Translations under genes and position numbers: made by a program
DNA from: Nitrosopumilus sp.
GTDB lineage: Archaea > Thermoproteota > Nitrososphaeria > Nitrososphaerales > Nitrosopumilaceae
Reading direction: 5' to 3'
DNA length: 64,000 nucleotides
Assembly: GCA_965207445.1 (NCBI GenBank)
Contig: CBDBLX010000002.1
Span: forward strand, 2,359,849 to 2,423,848
Notes under the pieces: generated by a model
The model's database searches: none
Told to the model about the DNA's origin: nothing
Seen by the model: the letters and a program-made list of their open reading frames with translations, nothing else
In this document: in pieces, positions 63,870-64,000 of the stretch
Layout of the letters: each line of letters opens with the position of its first letter
Position numbering within the stretch: position 1 is the first letter of the stretch

Positions 63870-64000
63870 CTAGTGCACCTTGGCATATTCTAATAACTCT
63901 GCAGAGTCTATCAGAGGTATTCCATGCTCAGATGCAAACTCTGATGCTTTTTGAACAGATAGAGCAGTATATGTTTGAGCATCAAGCATCTCGCACATAG
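63870..64000 (-). CDS. ribB: DHBP synthase RibB, C-terminal fragment
   Basis: CEMLDAQTYTALS...FASEHGIPLI; directly upstream of ribH. Confidence 0.75.
   Translation of the reverse strand, partial: MCEMLDAQTYTALSVQKASEFASEHGIPLIDSAELLEYAKVH

Overview
Archaeal window, most likely Nitrosopumilaceae (Thaumarchaeota), judged from gene content: KEOPS Kae1/Bud32, Taw1, TgtA, TFE, NAC, Trm56 and GTP cyclohydrolase III. Housekeeping blocks (1-13.7 kb and about 47.9-64 kb) flank a roughly 34-kb decaying genomic island that starts at tRNA-Arg(TCT) at 13759-13833. The island contains tandem copies of the tRNA 3' end (att sites), two tyrosine-integrase remnants, IS630-, ISH3- and IS5-type elements, at least four MITE families, a type IIG methylase/nuclease plus PLD-SNF2 helicase defence cluster, and toxin-antitoxin-like genes. 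The main finding is four DUF3800-like (RNase H-fold) genes. Each is followed immediately by a divergent but structurally conserved ~56-67 nt three-way-junction element, which has its own TATA-like box and points antisense (convergently) to the gene, suggesting a protein plus ncRNA module. Two further observations stand out: a CRISPR-like 37-bp repeat / 36-bp spacer / 37-bp repeat scar inside an integrase gene, and two otherwise dissimilar secreted proteins that share a promoter and an internal I-x-P-x-A-Y-A motif. All calls come from reading the sequence; no searches were run.
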